From an uncultured virus (IMG/VR IMGVR_UViG_3300029705_005139) (taxonomy: Duplodnaviria; Heunggongvirae; Uroviricota; Caudoviricetes), in IMG/VR virus record IMGVR_UViG_3300029705_005139: a DNA stretch of 64,000 nucleotides. The stretch is one strand, 5' to 3'. Position numbers and translations under genes: made by a program. Positions 18,965 to 28,437 of the stretch are shown here, piece by piece. The notes beneath the pieces are model-generated. The model saw only the letters and a program-made list of their open reading frames with translations. It did not search any database and was not told where the DNA came from. Numbering within the stretch: position 1 is the first letter of the stretch; every line of letters begins with the position of its first letter.

Positions 18965-19570
18965 ATGATATATGACATGAAGACACTGGAAGAAATTATG
19001 ACAACGATGGCTGGAAAAACTGTTTTAACTAACCTTGCCGATCTTCTGCGAACGCACGAACCGGATTTTCGAGAATCAGAAGCTGCCTATCAGGAAGCTG
19101 TGAATACACTTTATGCCGAGTTACCTGCAGAATTCTATTCCAATCTGGATCAGTACATCAAGGTATGTGAAAACGATGTAATATCCAGGATTGTTTATGC
19201 CGGTTATTTGGGTTATCGTGTAAATCTCGAAAACTTCAAGCATCCTATCATGGTAGATTTTGTTCACCTGGATACGATTGATTATATTAAGGATCACCTC
19301 ATGGGTCATTTCCCCATCAACTACAAAGCAGCATATATTCAGGAATCCTTTTATAAAAGCCTCCCAGAGCATTTAAAGAAGCATCATGATGCCATTGCGG
19401 ACTACTTTATCCATTTTGAATGCTCCGGCCCGAAGCTTGCCCATTATGCGGGTTATGTAATTGCCAATAAATTATTGCCCTGGGTCGAACCTGGGTACCA
19501 GGAAGACTGGCATCAAACGCAGATGTTCGCCGCAGAAACAACGAAAGTCATGGGCTATTTACCGCTATAA
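18965..19570 (+). CDS. Hypothetical protein
   Basis: 201-aa ORF, AAGGA upstream, hairpin downstream. Confidence 0.7.
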   Translation: MIYDMKTLEEIMTTMAGKTVLTNLADLLRTHEPDFRESEAAYQEAVNTLYAELPAEFYSNLDQYIKVCENDVISRIVYAGYLGYRVNLENFKHPIMVDFVHLDTIDYIKDHLMGHFPINYKAAYIQESFYKSLPEHLKKHHDAIADYFIHFECSGPKLAHYAGYVIANKLLPWVEPGYQEDWHQTQMFAAETTKVMGYLPL

Positions 19571-19693
19571 AAAAATACCCCTTGTCAACAAAAATGCTGG
19601 CAAGGGGGCATTTACATCCGGTTTATTGGACACATGCTTTTTTATACTGATATTATCAGAAGAAGAAAAGCTCTTTTAATCGGAGGTATTATC

Positions 19694-20506
19694 ATGGTGA
19701 ACAAAATCGGTTTTATGGCAAAGTTTTTTGATGATCAGCAGGAAGAAGATTCTTCCCTCATTGATGAGCCTTTGGCTACCAAACCCAAAATTTCCATTGT
19801 CCAGGTCTACTTCCCCAGCCAGAACAAGAAGCTGGTATACTATAACGATCAGTTCGATCTGCACTGTGGTGATCTGGTGTATGTGGATGGCAAGCTGGAG
19901 GGTATCCGTGGCCGGGTCATTGACATCAGCTACAATTTCAAAATCAAAACATCCGACTATAAGCGTGTCATTGCTGTGGTGGACACCACTGTAAAGGGTC
20001 AGTTTTTCATGGCTGGTTCTCATTTCATTACTTTTGATTCTGTTGTTTTACCTCAGCAGAAAGCAGCCTTATGGTTCATGCCTCCTGACGAGGATGAGTA
20101 TGTCCTCAGTAATGACGATACCACTTTTCCCCTTCATGATCTATCCCAAATGAATGTCAGTTCCAGCATTGCCGAGCGTGGCCATGATTATTACATGGAA
20201 AACAGAGTGCGGTACATAAGCATCAATGATGATCATGGGTATGCCATCGTAGAAGGAACCAGGGCTTACGAAGTACAGTTTGAGTACCGCGACGGTGAAA
20301 TCAGCAATCTGATCTGTGGCTGTCCCTGCGTCTACACCTGTAAGCATGCCTTTGCTGCCATGCTTCAGCTGAAGGAAACCCTGGCCATGATTGAAAAGCA
20401 TTATCCGAACAAGTATTCTTATGGCGGTTATTTTGCTGCCGTTAACAAAGCAGCGCTGTTCTCTCTGGCTGTGGATGGTAAAGAGACCGGAACTTTTACG
20501 TTGTAA
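19694..20506 (+). CDS. SWIM zinc-finger protein
   Basis: RBS GGAGG; ERG.DYY...V....A.VEGT..YEV and CGCPCVYTCKH. Confidence 0.8.
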   Translation: MVNKIGFMAKFFDDQQEEDSSLIDEPLATKPKISIVQVYFPSQNKKLVYYNDQFDLHCGDLVYVDGKLEGIRGRVIDISYNFKIKTSDYKRVIAVVDTTVKGQFFMAGSHFITFDSVVLPQQKAALWFMPPDEDEYVLSNDDTTFPLHDLSQMNVSSSIAERGHDYYMENRVRYISINDDHGYAIVEGTRAYEVQFEYRDGEISNLICGCPCVYTCKHAFAAMLQLKETLAMIEKHYPNKYSYGGYFAAVNKAALFSLAVDGKETGTFTL

Positions 20507-20607
20507 GGAGAATATGATATATCGCAATACCATACTGCTGGAAAGCTAAATAAAAAGGCATCCCGGAATTGGCCTCGAGATTCAACGAACCAATTCCGGG
20601 AGCTTTC

Positions 20608-21600
20608 TTAGGCGTTTAACATGGAAATATAGCAGATTGAAAAGCCGTAGGGATTTTCAATAATTGCATAATCACCCGGCTGACGCGCAGGATCAAAGCA
20701 CCAGGCATCTATCTCTTCAACGAAATTGCCGGGATCGATGATATACAACTGACCACCGCCTTGATCTGCACCATATTCATCCATAATTTCGATCAGCGAT
20801 GCCTCTGTTGCATCCGAACCTTCCCATAGAGCCAGTACAAATTCAGCTGTAAAAGAGTCGCCTAGCGTAATTGTACGAACTGCTAAAGTGGAACCATGCG
20901 CAACAACCCGATCTCCTAGATGAACATATTCAGAAGTGGTTTCATAAAACTCCACCATGGAAATAGGGCTTTCTACGGATATTTGATCAACTACAGAAAT
21001 CGGAATTGCAAGATTCAGATTTTGTCCTTCTTCGAATCCAGCGCTTGCAATACCAACGACCTGACCATAGGCGTTAATTACAGGTCCGCCGCTGTTTCCG
21101 TGGGAAATTGGTGCACTTATTTGAATGTATGCATTGCCCTCAACATTACGTTCTGCAGTTGAAACCAGTCCCTCAGAAAAAGTACCGGTCAAGCCCAATG
21201 AGCTTCCTAATACATACACAGTTTCACCCGTAGCAACAGTATTGCAAGTTTCGACCGGGATACTATTTGTTTTGGTTGTGGTCAAAATTGCAATATCCAA
21301 TTCTTTGCTATATCCTGCAACACTGGTCACATCATATGTTCCGCCATCACTTGTGGTCACATAGGCACTCGAACAATCTTCGATGACATGATAATTCGTG
21401 ACAACGGTACCGTGATCATCAATATAGAATCCACTGCCGATTCCCGCAACATAATCACTTTCTGCATACACTTCAACCGTTGATGGAGAGATTTTATCAT
21501 GAATTTCTTCGCCTGAAAGTTTTGCAGGTTCATTTGAACACCCTGATATGCAGATTGCCAAAGCCACTACTGAACACAACAGGCATATATATCTTTTCAT
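20608..21600 (-). CDS. Trypsin-like (S1C) serine protease lipoprotein with parvulin-like C-terminal domain
   Basis: Lipobox ISGC; GSGF..TNYHVI, DIAIL, GNSGGP triad. Confidence 0.85.
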   Translation of the reverse strand: MKRYICLLCSVVALAICISGCSNEPAKLSGEEIHDKISPSTVEVYAESDYVAGIGSGFYIDDHGTVVTNYHVIEDCSSAYVTTSDGGTYDVTSVAGYSKELDIAILTTTKTNSIPVETCNTVATGETVYVLGSSLGLTGTFSEGLVSTAERNVEGNAYIQISAPISHGNSGGPVINAYGQVVGIASAGFEEGQNLNLAIPISVVDQISVESPISMVEFYETTSEYVHLGDRVVAHGSTLAVRTITLGDSFTAEFVLALWEGSDATEASLIEIMDEYGADQGGGQLYIIDPGNFVEEIDAWCFDPARQPGDYAIIENPYGFSICYISMLNA

Positions 21601-21616
21601 AACATATCTCCTTAAC

Positions 21617-22099
21617 TTATACAATGAACGTCATAACCCATGCCAGTAAAAGTGCCGTCAGGGGGTAGACCACCACGGTTCCGAACCATTTTCTGGCCAG
21701 CACCCGGGGCGGGATGTAGGGCATCAGATCCTCGGTGCCGGGGAGCAGCCATGCCTTGGTCTTGCCCACCCAGAACCAGTCGATGAAAAGCCGGTCAAAG
21801 AGGCCCATAATGACTAAAATGGCGGTCATCTGCAGGAAGCCTTCCTTGAACTCGGTGACACCGTTGACCCCGTACACCATGTAAGGAACCAAAGTAAACA
21901 GGGGAATGAACAGGATGACGGAGGACACCACGAATTGTGTTTTGATTTGCTTTTTTGTGACCAATCCCAGTTCTACCACACGATCCTGTACATCTTGTTC
22001 GTACAGGCACACCAATCCCACCGGGCCGTTGCGGATCCCCACCACACAGTATAGCAGCAGGATAAAACACATCACGATTGCTTCAAAAATAACGATCAT
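21617..22099 (-). CDS. Membrane protein, hypothetical
   Basis: About four hydrophobic segments; RBS AGGAGG. Confidence 0.75.
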   Translation of the reverse strand: MIVIFEAIVMCFILLLYCVVGIRNGPVGLVCLYEQDVQDRVVELGLVTKKQIKTQFVVSSVILFIPLFTLVPYMVYGVNGVTEFKEGFLQMTAILVIMGLFDRLFIDWFWVGKTKAWLLPGTEDLMPYIPPRVLARKWFGTVVVYPLTALLLAWVMTFIV

Positions 22100-22117
22100 A
22101 ATGAATGCCTCCTATGT

Positions 22118-22705
22118 TCATTTCTTGTTTTCATCGTAGCTGAGCCGGTAATCGCAGCATTCCCCGCCTTCGGCAACGGAGGTAGTCCGGGTGTATTGGA
22201 TATGTCGGAAGCCGGTCATGTACTCCTTGTCCATGGCGCAGACCACCCGGGCGATTTCCGGCAGGCCGATCTTCACCGCTGCGTCGTGGAGGGGACAGGA
22301 GAGAATGTCCACACCTACTAGCTCGCTGGTTTCGCTGACGATCCGCCGGGTGTAGCCTGCCTTGGGGCTGCTGGTTTTCCACATCAGGGCGGGCATATGT
22401 TTCCACAGCAGCTTCGGCACTCTGGGGACAGAGGTAATGCCATGGACGACACTGCGGATTTTCCTGCCCGTCTGCGCACCATAAGCAATCAGCATGGGCA
22501 GTGCTTCCTCCGGGGCATACTCTTTCAACGCAAGGTAGATGCCTGCCGCGGGGAGGATCATCATCCGGCTGTCCCCGGTGATGTCGGGATGTTGCTTTTT
22601 GAGAGATGCAGTATAGGTTTTGGCCTTGTGCCAAATATCATTGGCCACGCTGTCGCCGATTGTTTCGATTAGTACTTTTTTGAATCCCATATATATCATG
22701 TTCAT
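22118..22705 (-). CDS. L-2-amino-thiazoline-4-carboxylate hydrolase (ATC hydrolase)-family protein
   Basis: DILSCP.....G.PE....C..D......RT.....GG.CCDYR motif. Confidence 0.8.
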   Translation of the reverse strand: MNMIYMGFKKVLIETIGDSVANDIWHKAKTYTASLKKQHPDITGDSRMMILPAAGIYLALKEYAPEEALPMLIAYGAQTGRKIRSVVHGITSVPRVPKLLWKHMPALMWKTSSPKAGYTRRIVSETSELVGVDILSCPLHDAAVKIGLPEIARVVCAMDKEYMTGFRHIQYTRTTSVAEGGECCDYRLSYDENKK

Positions 22706-22872
22706 CCAGTTCACCTCTGCTATCATGCAGATTCTCTTTCTGATACCGGGGTTGTAGAAAGGGCGGCTTTCTCAGAAGCCGCCCAACATATTTAGTATAG
22801 CACAGAAAATATCCGGTTGTCTATTCTCATTTTCCCTGATATTTGCCTTCATTTCTTATGGAACATCCCATC

Positions 22873-23056
22873 TTGAAAATAGATCGTACCGGTTGTATTA
22901 TGAAGATACAAGGAGTGAGTCCAATGTACTAAGTAAACTCCCCTTCAAAACTGTAGAAAGTAAGAGGTTATGCAAATGACGGAACCCGCATACGTAAAGG
23001 AATAGCCCTCGACGATCAGAGTGATTAACTGATAAGTCGAGGGTTATTTCTTTTTC
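22873..23056 (+). promoter_or_regulatory. Promoter, two uORFs and terminator (attenuator-like leader)
   Basis: TTGAAA-17-TATTAT; AAGGAG..ATG TAC TAA; AGAGG..MQMTEPAYVKE; hairpin 23001-23048 plus T-rich tail. Confidence 0.5.
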
Positions 23057-23382
23057 ATTGAACAATCCTTCGTGGACGATTTATATGTCCCTGATATCGC
23101 GTCATTCCACAACTAATTGGCGAAGGTTCAAGAGTCTTGTGATGACCCTCTTGTTTTGTATGGAGTCTCAGAGTGGATGTCCTCTGTAATAAAAGCTAAA
23201 TACAGATAAATTAATATGACGGCTTGCATAATGCAGGCCGCTTTTTCTTGCAAATCTGACAACTCTACCCTCATTAGAGCCTCGCTCTCCACAAAAAGTA
23301 GACGGATTTTTAATATTTTAATATCCGCTTTTCAAAAACTCGTGATAGAATAATGAATATCATTTTTGAATTGGAGTGTTTT

Positions 23383-24246
23383 ATGAACTATCAGATCATT
23401 ACAGATTCCTGCTGTGATTTTACAGATGAACAGTACAAGGCCTTGGAAATTGCCTATGTCCCTTTGACCGTTATGTGGGATGGCAGCACACATACGCACT
23501 TTTCCAGCGAAAGTGCTTTACAGGATTTCTACGGTGGAATGCGAAGTGGAAAAATCGCAGCCACTTCTGCTCTGAATCCGAATGATTGGAGGAAAGCCAT
23601 GGTTCCTTTTCTCCGGCAAGGAAAGGACCTTCTGGTGGTGGCTGTTTCTTCCGCCATTTCCTGTACATATCAGTCCGCAGTAATCGCGGCGGCGGAACTG
23701 AAAGAAGCATTTCCCCAAAGAACGATCCATGTGGTAGACAGCCGAAGCGGTTCTCTGGGAGAGGGCTTGCTTGTATGGATAGCCTGCAAAATGAGAGATG
23801 CAGGCAGCACACTACAGGAGTTGGCAGAGTGGTTGGATCGCAACTGTACCCGGCTCTGCCATTGGGTCACGGTCAATGATCTTTCCTATCTGAAACGAAG
23901 CGGACGATTGAGCAACGCCGCTGCCGCCGTTGGAAGCATGTTAAATGTGAAGCCAATTATCAAAGTAACGGAAGAGGGCAAGCTGGTAAGCACCACCAAA
24001 GTCAGAGGACGAAAGCCTTCCATTCAAATGCTTGCAAAGAAATTTGCAGAACACAGAAAGGCTGACGAAGAGGAACTTGTGACCATTGCCCACGGTGATT
24101 GCCTGGATGACGCAAAGGAGCTTGCCGAAATTCTGAAAAATGAGTACGGTGTCCGCAATATCCTCATCAACTACGTTGGACCCATTCTCGGTGCCCATAC
24201 CGGCCCCGGTGTTTTGGGACTGTTTCATATGGGCAAATGTAGATAA
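23383..24246 (+). CDS. DegV/FakB-family fatty-acid-binding protein
   Basis: IITDSCCD, TS..NP, SS..S.TY.SA, L.YL..SGR, H.GPG. Confidence 0.93.
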   Translation: MNYQIITDSCCDFTDEQYKALEIAYVPLTVMWDGSTHTHFSSESALQDFYGGMRSGKIAATSALNPNDWRKAMVPFLRQGKDLLVVAVSSAISCTYQSAVIAAAELKEAFPQRTIHVVDSRSGSLGEGLLVWIACKMRDAGSTLQELAEWLDRNCTRLCHWVTVNDLSYLKRSGRLSNAAAAVGSMLNVKPIIKVTEEGKLVSTTKVRGRKPSIQMLAKKFAEHRKADEEELVTIAHGDCLDDAKELAEILKNEYGVRNILINYVGPILGAHTGPGVLGLFHMGKCR

Positions 24247-24271
24247 ATCATCTTTCTGAAAGGATCATATT

Positions 24272-25114
24272 ATGTTAAGAATATTTGTGGATTCAGGAAG
24301 CAGCATCAAGCAGGAGGAAAAAGAAGCATACGGCGTTGAAATCCTTCCACTGCACATCACACTGGGGGATAAAGAATATTTGGACGGAATCGATTTGTCC
24401 ATGGATATTTTCTATAGGGCTCTGATCGAGGATAAGCTGTTCCCTACTACTTCCCTGCCTTCTCTGGGTGACGCAGAAGAACGGGTAACTGCATACACCC
24501 GGCAAGGGGATGAAGTCATTATCCTGACGATCTCTTCCGGGATTTCCGGTACTTACAACACATTGAAAATGCTTTTTGCTGATAACCCCAAGGTGAAGGT
24601 GATCGACAGCAAAAGTGCTGTGGGCGGAATGCGGATTTTGGTAGAGGAAATTAACCGGCATAAGGAGGAAACATTAGACGAATTGGAAGCTCGGCTTCTG
24701 GCCCTGATCCCCCGGATACGGGTCTGTGCCATTCCCGAAACACTGGATTACTTACAACGGGGCGGCAGACTCAGCAAGACCGCCTGGGTCGTTGGCAGTA
24801 TGCTCCAGCTCAAGCCTCTTATTTCGCTGGACAGTTCTGATGGCGGCGTGAAGGTACTTGGCAAGGTTCGGGGCATCAAAAAAGCAATGCAGGCCCTGGC
24901 GGAATATCTGGAAAAATGCGCCTGCGATCCCAATTACCCCATCGTCCCCTCCTATACTTACAATTCCGAAAACCTGGACAGTCTGATTGCCATGACCGAT
25001 GCCAAATACCACGCTCAGATGATCGCATACGACAACCTTGACCCGGCCATCGCCTGCCACTGGGGTCCCAACGCCTTTGGTTACATCTTTGTTGCAGGAA
25101 ATGAAAACCGGTAA
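24272..25114 (+). CDS. DegV/FakB-family fatty-acid-binding protein
   Basis: IFVDSGS, PTTSLPS, ISSGISGTY, LDYLQRGGR, HWGP. Confidence 0.93.
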   Translation: MLRIFVDSGSSIKQEEKEAYGVEILPLHITLGDKEYLDGIDLSMDIFYRALIEDKLFPTTSLPSLGDAEERVTAYTRQGDEVIILTISSGISGTYNTLKMLFADNPKVKVIDSKSAVGGMRILVEEINRHKEETLDELEARLLALIPRIRVCAIPETLDYLQRGGRLSKTAWVVGSMLQLKPLISLDSSDGGVKVLGKVRGIKKAMQALAEYLEKCACDPNYPIVPSYTYNSENLDSLIAMTDAKYHAQMIAYDNLDPAIACHWGPNAFGYIFVAGNENR

Positions 25115-25193
25115 CGGGTTACGGAAGCTTTTTTATTGTCTGTAATTCAACTTCATGATATAATTTCCTCATCTGCAAGAAAGAGGTAAGCCC

Positions 25194-26741
25194 ATGAAAA
25201 TATATGAAGGAAATATCCTGACCTGCGATGAGCAGAATCATGTTTATAAATATCTGGTAGAGGACGGCGGCAGACTCGTTTATGTTGGCAATGAACTGCC
25301 TGCGAAATATGCCAGTTTCACCCGTGTGAACCTGGGAGAGAAAGCGTTGATTCCAGCCTTTGGCGATAGTCACATTCATTTTGCCAGCTTTGCCACCTTC
25401 AACACCGGCATCAATGTGGCTAACGCAAAGAGCAATGCTGAAATTCTGCAGATGCTCCGGGATTTTGTACCCACCTGCAAAGACAAGATCATCTTCGCCT
25501 TCGGTGCATCCAATCACTCCGTTGCCGAGAAGAAATTCCTTACCCGGCAGGAACTGGACTCTGTGTGTCCAGACAAGCCTGTGTTCATGGTCAAGTATGA
25601 CGGCCACACCTGCGTGGTGAACACCAAGCTATTGGATATCTTGAAAAGCAAGGTTAAAAACCTCCGGGGCTATCATGGGGAGACCGGTGAAATGAATCAG
25701 GAGGCCTTCTTCGCCTTTTCCGATTATGTCAGCAGTTCCATCCCGCCTGTGACGCTGATTCGGAATATGCAGAAGTTCATCGACTATATGGCATCCAAGG
25801 GCATCGGCATGATTCACAGTGTCAGCGGCGTGGGCTACACCATGGATCTGGATGTGGATATGGAAAACTGGTTTGCCAAAGGTCTGAACAACGGGATGCA
25901 GATGCGGGTTTACTTCCAGACCATGGATGTGGGCAAGGCTAGGCGCCGGAAGATGACCCGAATCGGCGGTTGCTTCGATGCCGCACTGGACGGCTGCTTC
26001 GGCAGTGCAGATGCTGCCATGCTGGAACCATACGAGGGTACGGGCGATAAAGGTGTGCTGTACTATTCTGATGAGAAGGTCACGGAGTTCTGCAAAAAGG
26101 CAAACCGGGAAGGTATGCAGATCGAGATCCATGCCATCGGTGATGCAGCCTTTGATCAGGCTGCCCAGGCATTGAAAGCCGCACTGGACGACTTCCCCAA
26201 AAAAGATCACCGGCACACCATCATCCATGCTTGTCTGCCTACGGAGGAAGGTATTCAAATCTGCGCTGATTACGGTATTGCTCTGGCAATTCAGAGCATA
26301 TTCATTGACTGGCCCAACGAGCCCAATGAATATCTGGAATCCCTTTTGGGGGACCGTGCCGCAAAACTGAACCCGTTCAAGACCTATGCCGATAAGGACA
26401 TCGTTTTGACTCTCGGCTCGGATGGCCCCTGCACCGATCCAGATCCCATGCTCTGGATTCATAAAGCCTGCAACAACGGTGCCCAATCCCTGACCGTGCA
26501 GCAGGCCCTGAAAGCCGCAACCTACAATACTTACTGGGCCTCTTTCGACGAAACCGACAGAGGCAGTCTGGAAACAGGAAAGGTTGCTGACATGGTGATC
26601 CTGTCTGCAAACCCTTACGAAACCGATGCTGCCAAGCTTGATTCTATTCAAGTGGAGCAGCTGCTCCTGCAGGGTGAGCCTTACCAGAAGCTGATGCAGA
26701 ATCCCATCGGGCAGGTGCTAAGGGGAATGACCCAGCGATAA
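25194..26741 (+). CDS. Amidohydrolase_3-family metallohydrolase
   Basis: PAFGDSHIH, IHAIGD, HTIIHA, GSDGP, GSLETGKVADMVIL. Confidence 0.9.
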   Translation: MKIYEGNILTCDEQNHVYKYLVEDGGRLVYVGNELPAKYASFTRVNLGEKALIPAFGDSHIHFASFATFNTGINVANAKSNAEILQMLRDFVPTCKDKIIFAFGASNHSVAEKKFLTRQELDSVCPDKPVFMVKYDGHTCVVNTKLLDILKSKVKNLRGYHGETGEMNQEAFFAFSDYVSSSIPPVTLIRNMQKFIDYMASKGIGMIHSVSGVGYTMDLDVDMENWFAKGLNNGMQMRVYFQTMDVGKARRRKMTRIGGCFDAALDGCFGSADAAMLEPYEGTGDKGVLYYSDEKVTEFCKKANREGMQIEIHAIGDAAFDQAAQALKAALDDFPKKDHRHTIIHACLPTEEGIQICADYGIALAIQSIFIDWPNEPNEYLESLLGDRAAKLNPFKTYADKDIVLTLGSDGPCTDPDPMLWIHKACNNGAQSLTVQQALKAATYNTYWASFDETDRGSLETGKVADMVILSANPYETDAAKLDSIQVEQLLLQGEPYQKLMQNPIGQVLRGMTQR

Positions 26742-26823
26742 AATCGCAACATTTACAAATCGTTTATCCATGTGTTGCCTCTTTCTGATATGATAATTAC
26801 AGAATCTATCAGGAGGTAACGCC

Positions 26824-27009
26824 ATGGAAAAATACATTCCCTACGAGAAACTTTCCAAGAAAGAAAAGAGAAAAGTCGATGCCATGCGGCGCAACACCTG
26901 GGGTGAGTTGAAGCCCGTCACAAGGAAGCCGCAGAACAGCAGGGCTTATAACAGAAAAAAGGCACAGAGTTGGAAACATCATTCCAATTCTGTGCCTTTT
27001 GTCATGTAA
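26824..27009 (+). CDS. Small basic phage-associated protein
   Basis: RBS AGGAGG; 61 aa, K/R-rich; convergent on the endolysin. Confidence 0.75.
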   Translation: MEKYIPYEKLSKKEKRKVDAMRRNTWGELKPVTRKPQNSRAYNRKKAQSWKHHSNSVPFVM

Positions 27010-27039
27010 ATGAAATTATTCTTTTTGTGAATCTCATGC

Positions 27040-28014
27040 TTAGTTGGGAATCTTCAGTTTCTGACCAACATAAATGGTATTGGATTTCAGACCGTTCAGA
27101 GCCTTGATCTCCGGGTATCGTCTGCCGTCACCCATCAGGGTTTTGGCAATTTCATAAAGGGTGTCACCCTTTTTCACGGTATAGATATTTGCCTCCTCGG
27201 TATCCTCTTCGGTTTCCTCCGGCTCGGCAGGAACTTCTTCCACAGGGTAGATGGCGATGCCGTCCTCAGTGAACACTTTATAGCCGGGATTGTTGTCTGC
27301 TCTGCGTTTTGCATTGGAAAGGAACCGGTACGCACCGATCTGTCCCCGGCTGCCGTCAGACCAGTTCTTCCGGACCCGATACAGACCTTCTGTCAGTTTC
27401 TCGGGATAAGCAGAAGGTTTCTCCTGCGGCTTTTCCTGGGGCTTCTGCTCCGGAGTAAGCACAGTGTCAACAGTGCCAAGGGCGATAGTCACCCGGTTGG
27501 CAAGATCGCCCAGACGGGAATACAGCCAGTCACCGGGACAGGACTTGTTTGCGAACCACCGATGGACGGTGATCAGCATCTCATCTGCCGCAGGCTCATA
27601 GGCCAGAGCGCCAGCTTTGTCTGCGATCCAGATCAGCTTTGCTTTACCGTTGCGCCTGCAGATGTCGGTGCAGAGTTCCATCAGGGAATCGTACACCGCA
27701 TCATACATGGCATAGGGATGCTTGGTGTCGCTGGCACACTCAATGGTAATGGCACGATGGTCATTCTCCCGGTTGGAAGAACACCAGCTGCGATCCTTTT
27801 CCTCGCAGTACATACCCACCCGGCCATCCTTGTCGATGCCATAGTTGGATGATGCCTGCCGGGAGGTTTCCGCAAACAGCGCACCCAGGCTCTCCGCACT
27901 GCACTGCCCCACAACACAGTGTGGCGTGATACGGTCAATGCAGTGATTCCGGGGACTGGAGCGGTTGGGGCTGATCCTGGTATAAGCCACCAGGGGGCTG
28001 TTGGTATAGGCCAT
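27040..28014 (-). CDS. Endolysin: N-acetylmuramoyl-L-alanine amidase plus LysM
   Basis: ITPHCVVG, ASSNY, ITIECAS, HRWFANKSCPG; C-terminal YTVKKGDTL..IA...GQKLKIP. Confidence 0.95.
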   Translation of the reverse strand: MAYTNSPLVAYTRISPNRSSPRNHCIDRITPHCVVGQCSAESLGALFAETSRQASSNYGIDKDGRVGMYCEEKDRSWCSSNRENDHRAITIECASDTKHPYAMYDAVYDSLMELCTDICRRNGKAKLIWIADKAGALAYEPAADEMLITVHRWFANKSCPGDWLYSRLGDLANRVTIALGTVDTVLTPEQKPQEKPQEKPSAYPEKLTEGLYRVRKNWSDGSRGQIGAYRFLSNAKRRADNNPGYKVFTEDGIAIYPVEEVPAEPEETEEDTEEANIYTVKKGDTLYEIAKTLMGDGRRYPEIKALNGLKSNTIYVGQKLKIPN

Positions 28015-28418
28015 TATTTTTCCTCCCGCTCATGCAGCTGTGCCAGGACATTTTTCATCTGTTCGGGGATGGGCAGACCCAGATGGGCGCAGTTTTCCAG
28101 CATGGACACACCTTCATTGGACAGATAAAAGAAAATGACAGCCGTTCTCAGAACGCTGCCTTCTCCCAGAATATTTACGTCCAGAATGTTTGCCATACCA
28201 ACCATACAGAAAATAAGCACCTTCCGGCAGATGCCCCGGAATCCAACCGCGCTGGACAGCTTGTGATCCGCTGCCGCGCACATGACTCCGGTGATGTAGT
28301 CGATGACCACAAAGGCAATCAGGGCATACAGAAAACCGTCCATGCCGCCCAGGAACCAACCCAGGAAACCACCCAGGGCAGTAAAGGCCATCTGAATACC
28401 GTTCCAAATGTTTCTCAT
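28014..28418 (-). CDS. Phage holin
   Basis: DYITG, SAVGFRGI.RK, NEGVS.LEN...GLPIP. Confidence 0.93.
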   Translation of the reverse strand: MRNIWNGIQMAFTALGGFLGWFLGGMDGFLYALIAFVVIDYITGVMCAAADHKLSSAVGFRGICRKVLIFCMVGMANILDVNILGEGSVLRTAVIFFYLSNEGVSMLENCAHLGLPIPEQMKNVLAQLHEREEK

Positions 28419-28437
28419 AATCATTTCCTCCTAAAAA

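Noticed and set aside
28416..28424. Holin Met-Ile-Met dual start
   Set aside because: The first ATG is too close to the RBS and there is no charged residue between the starts.
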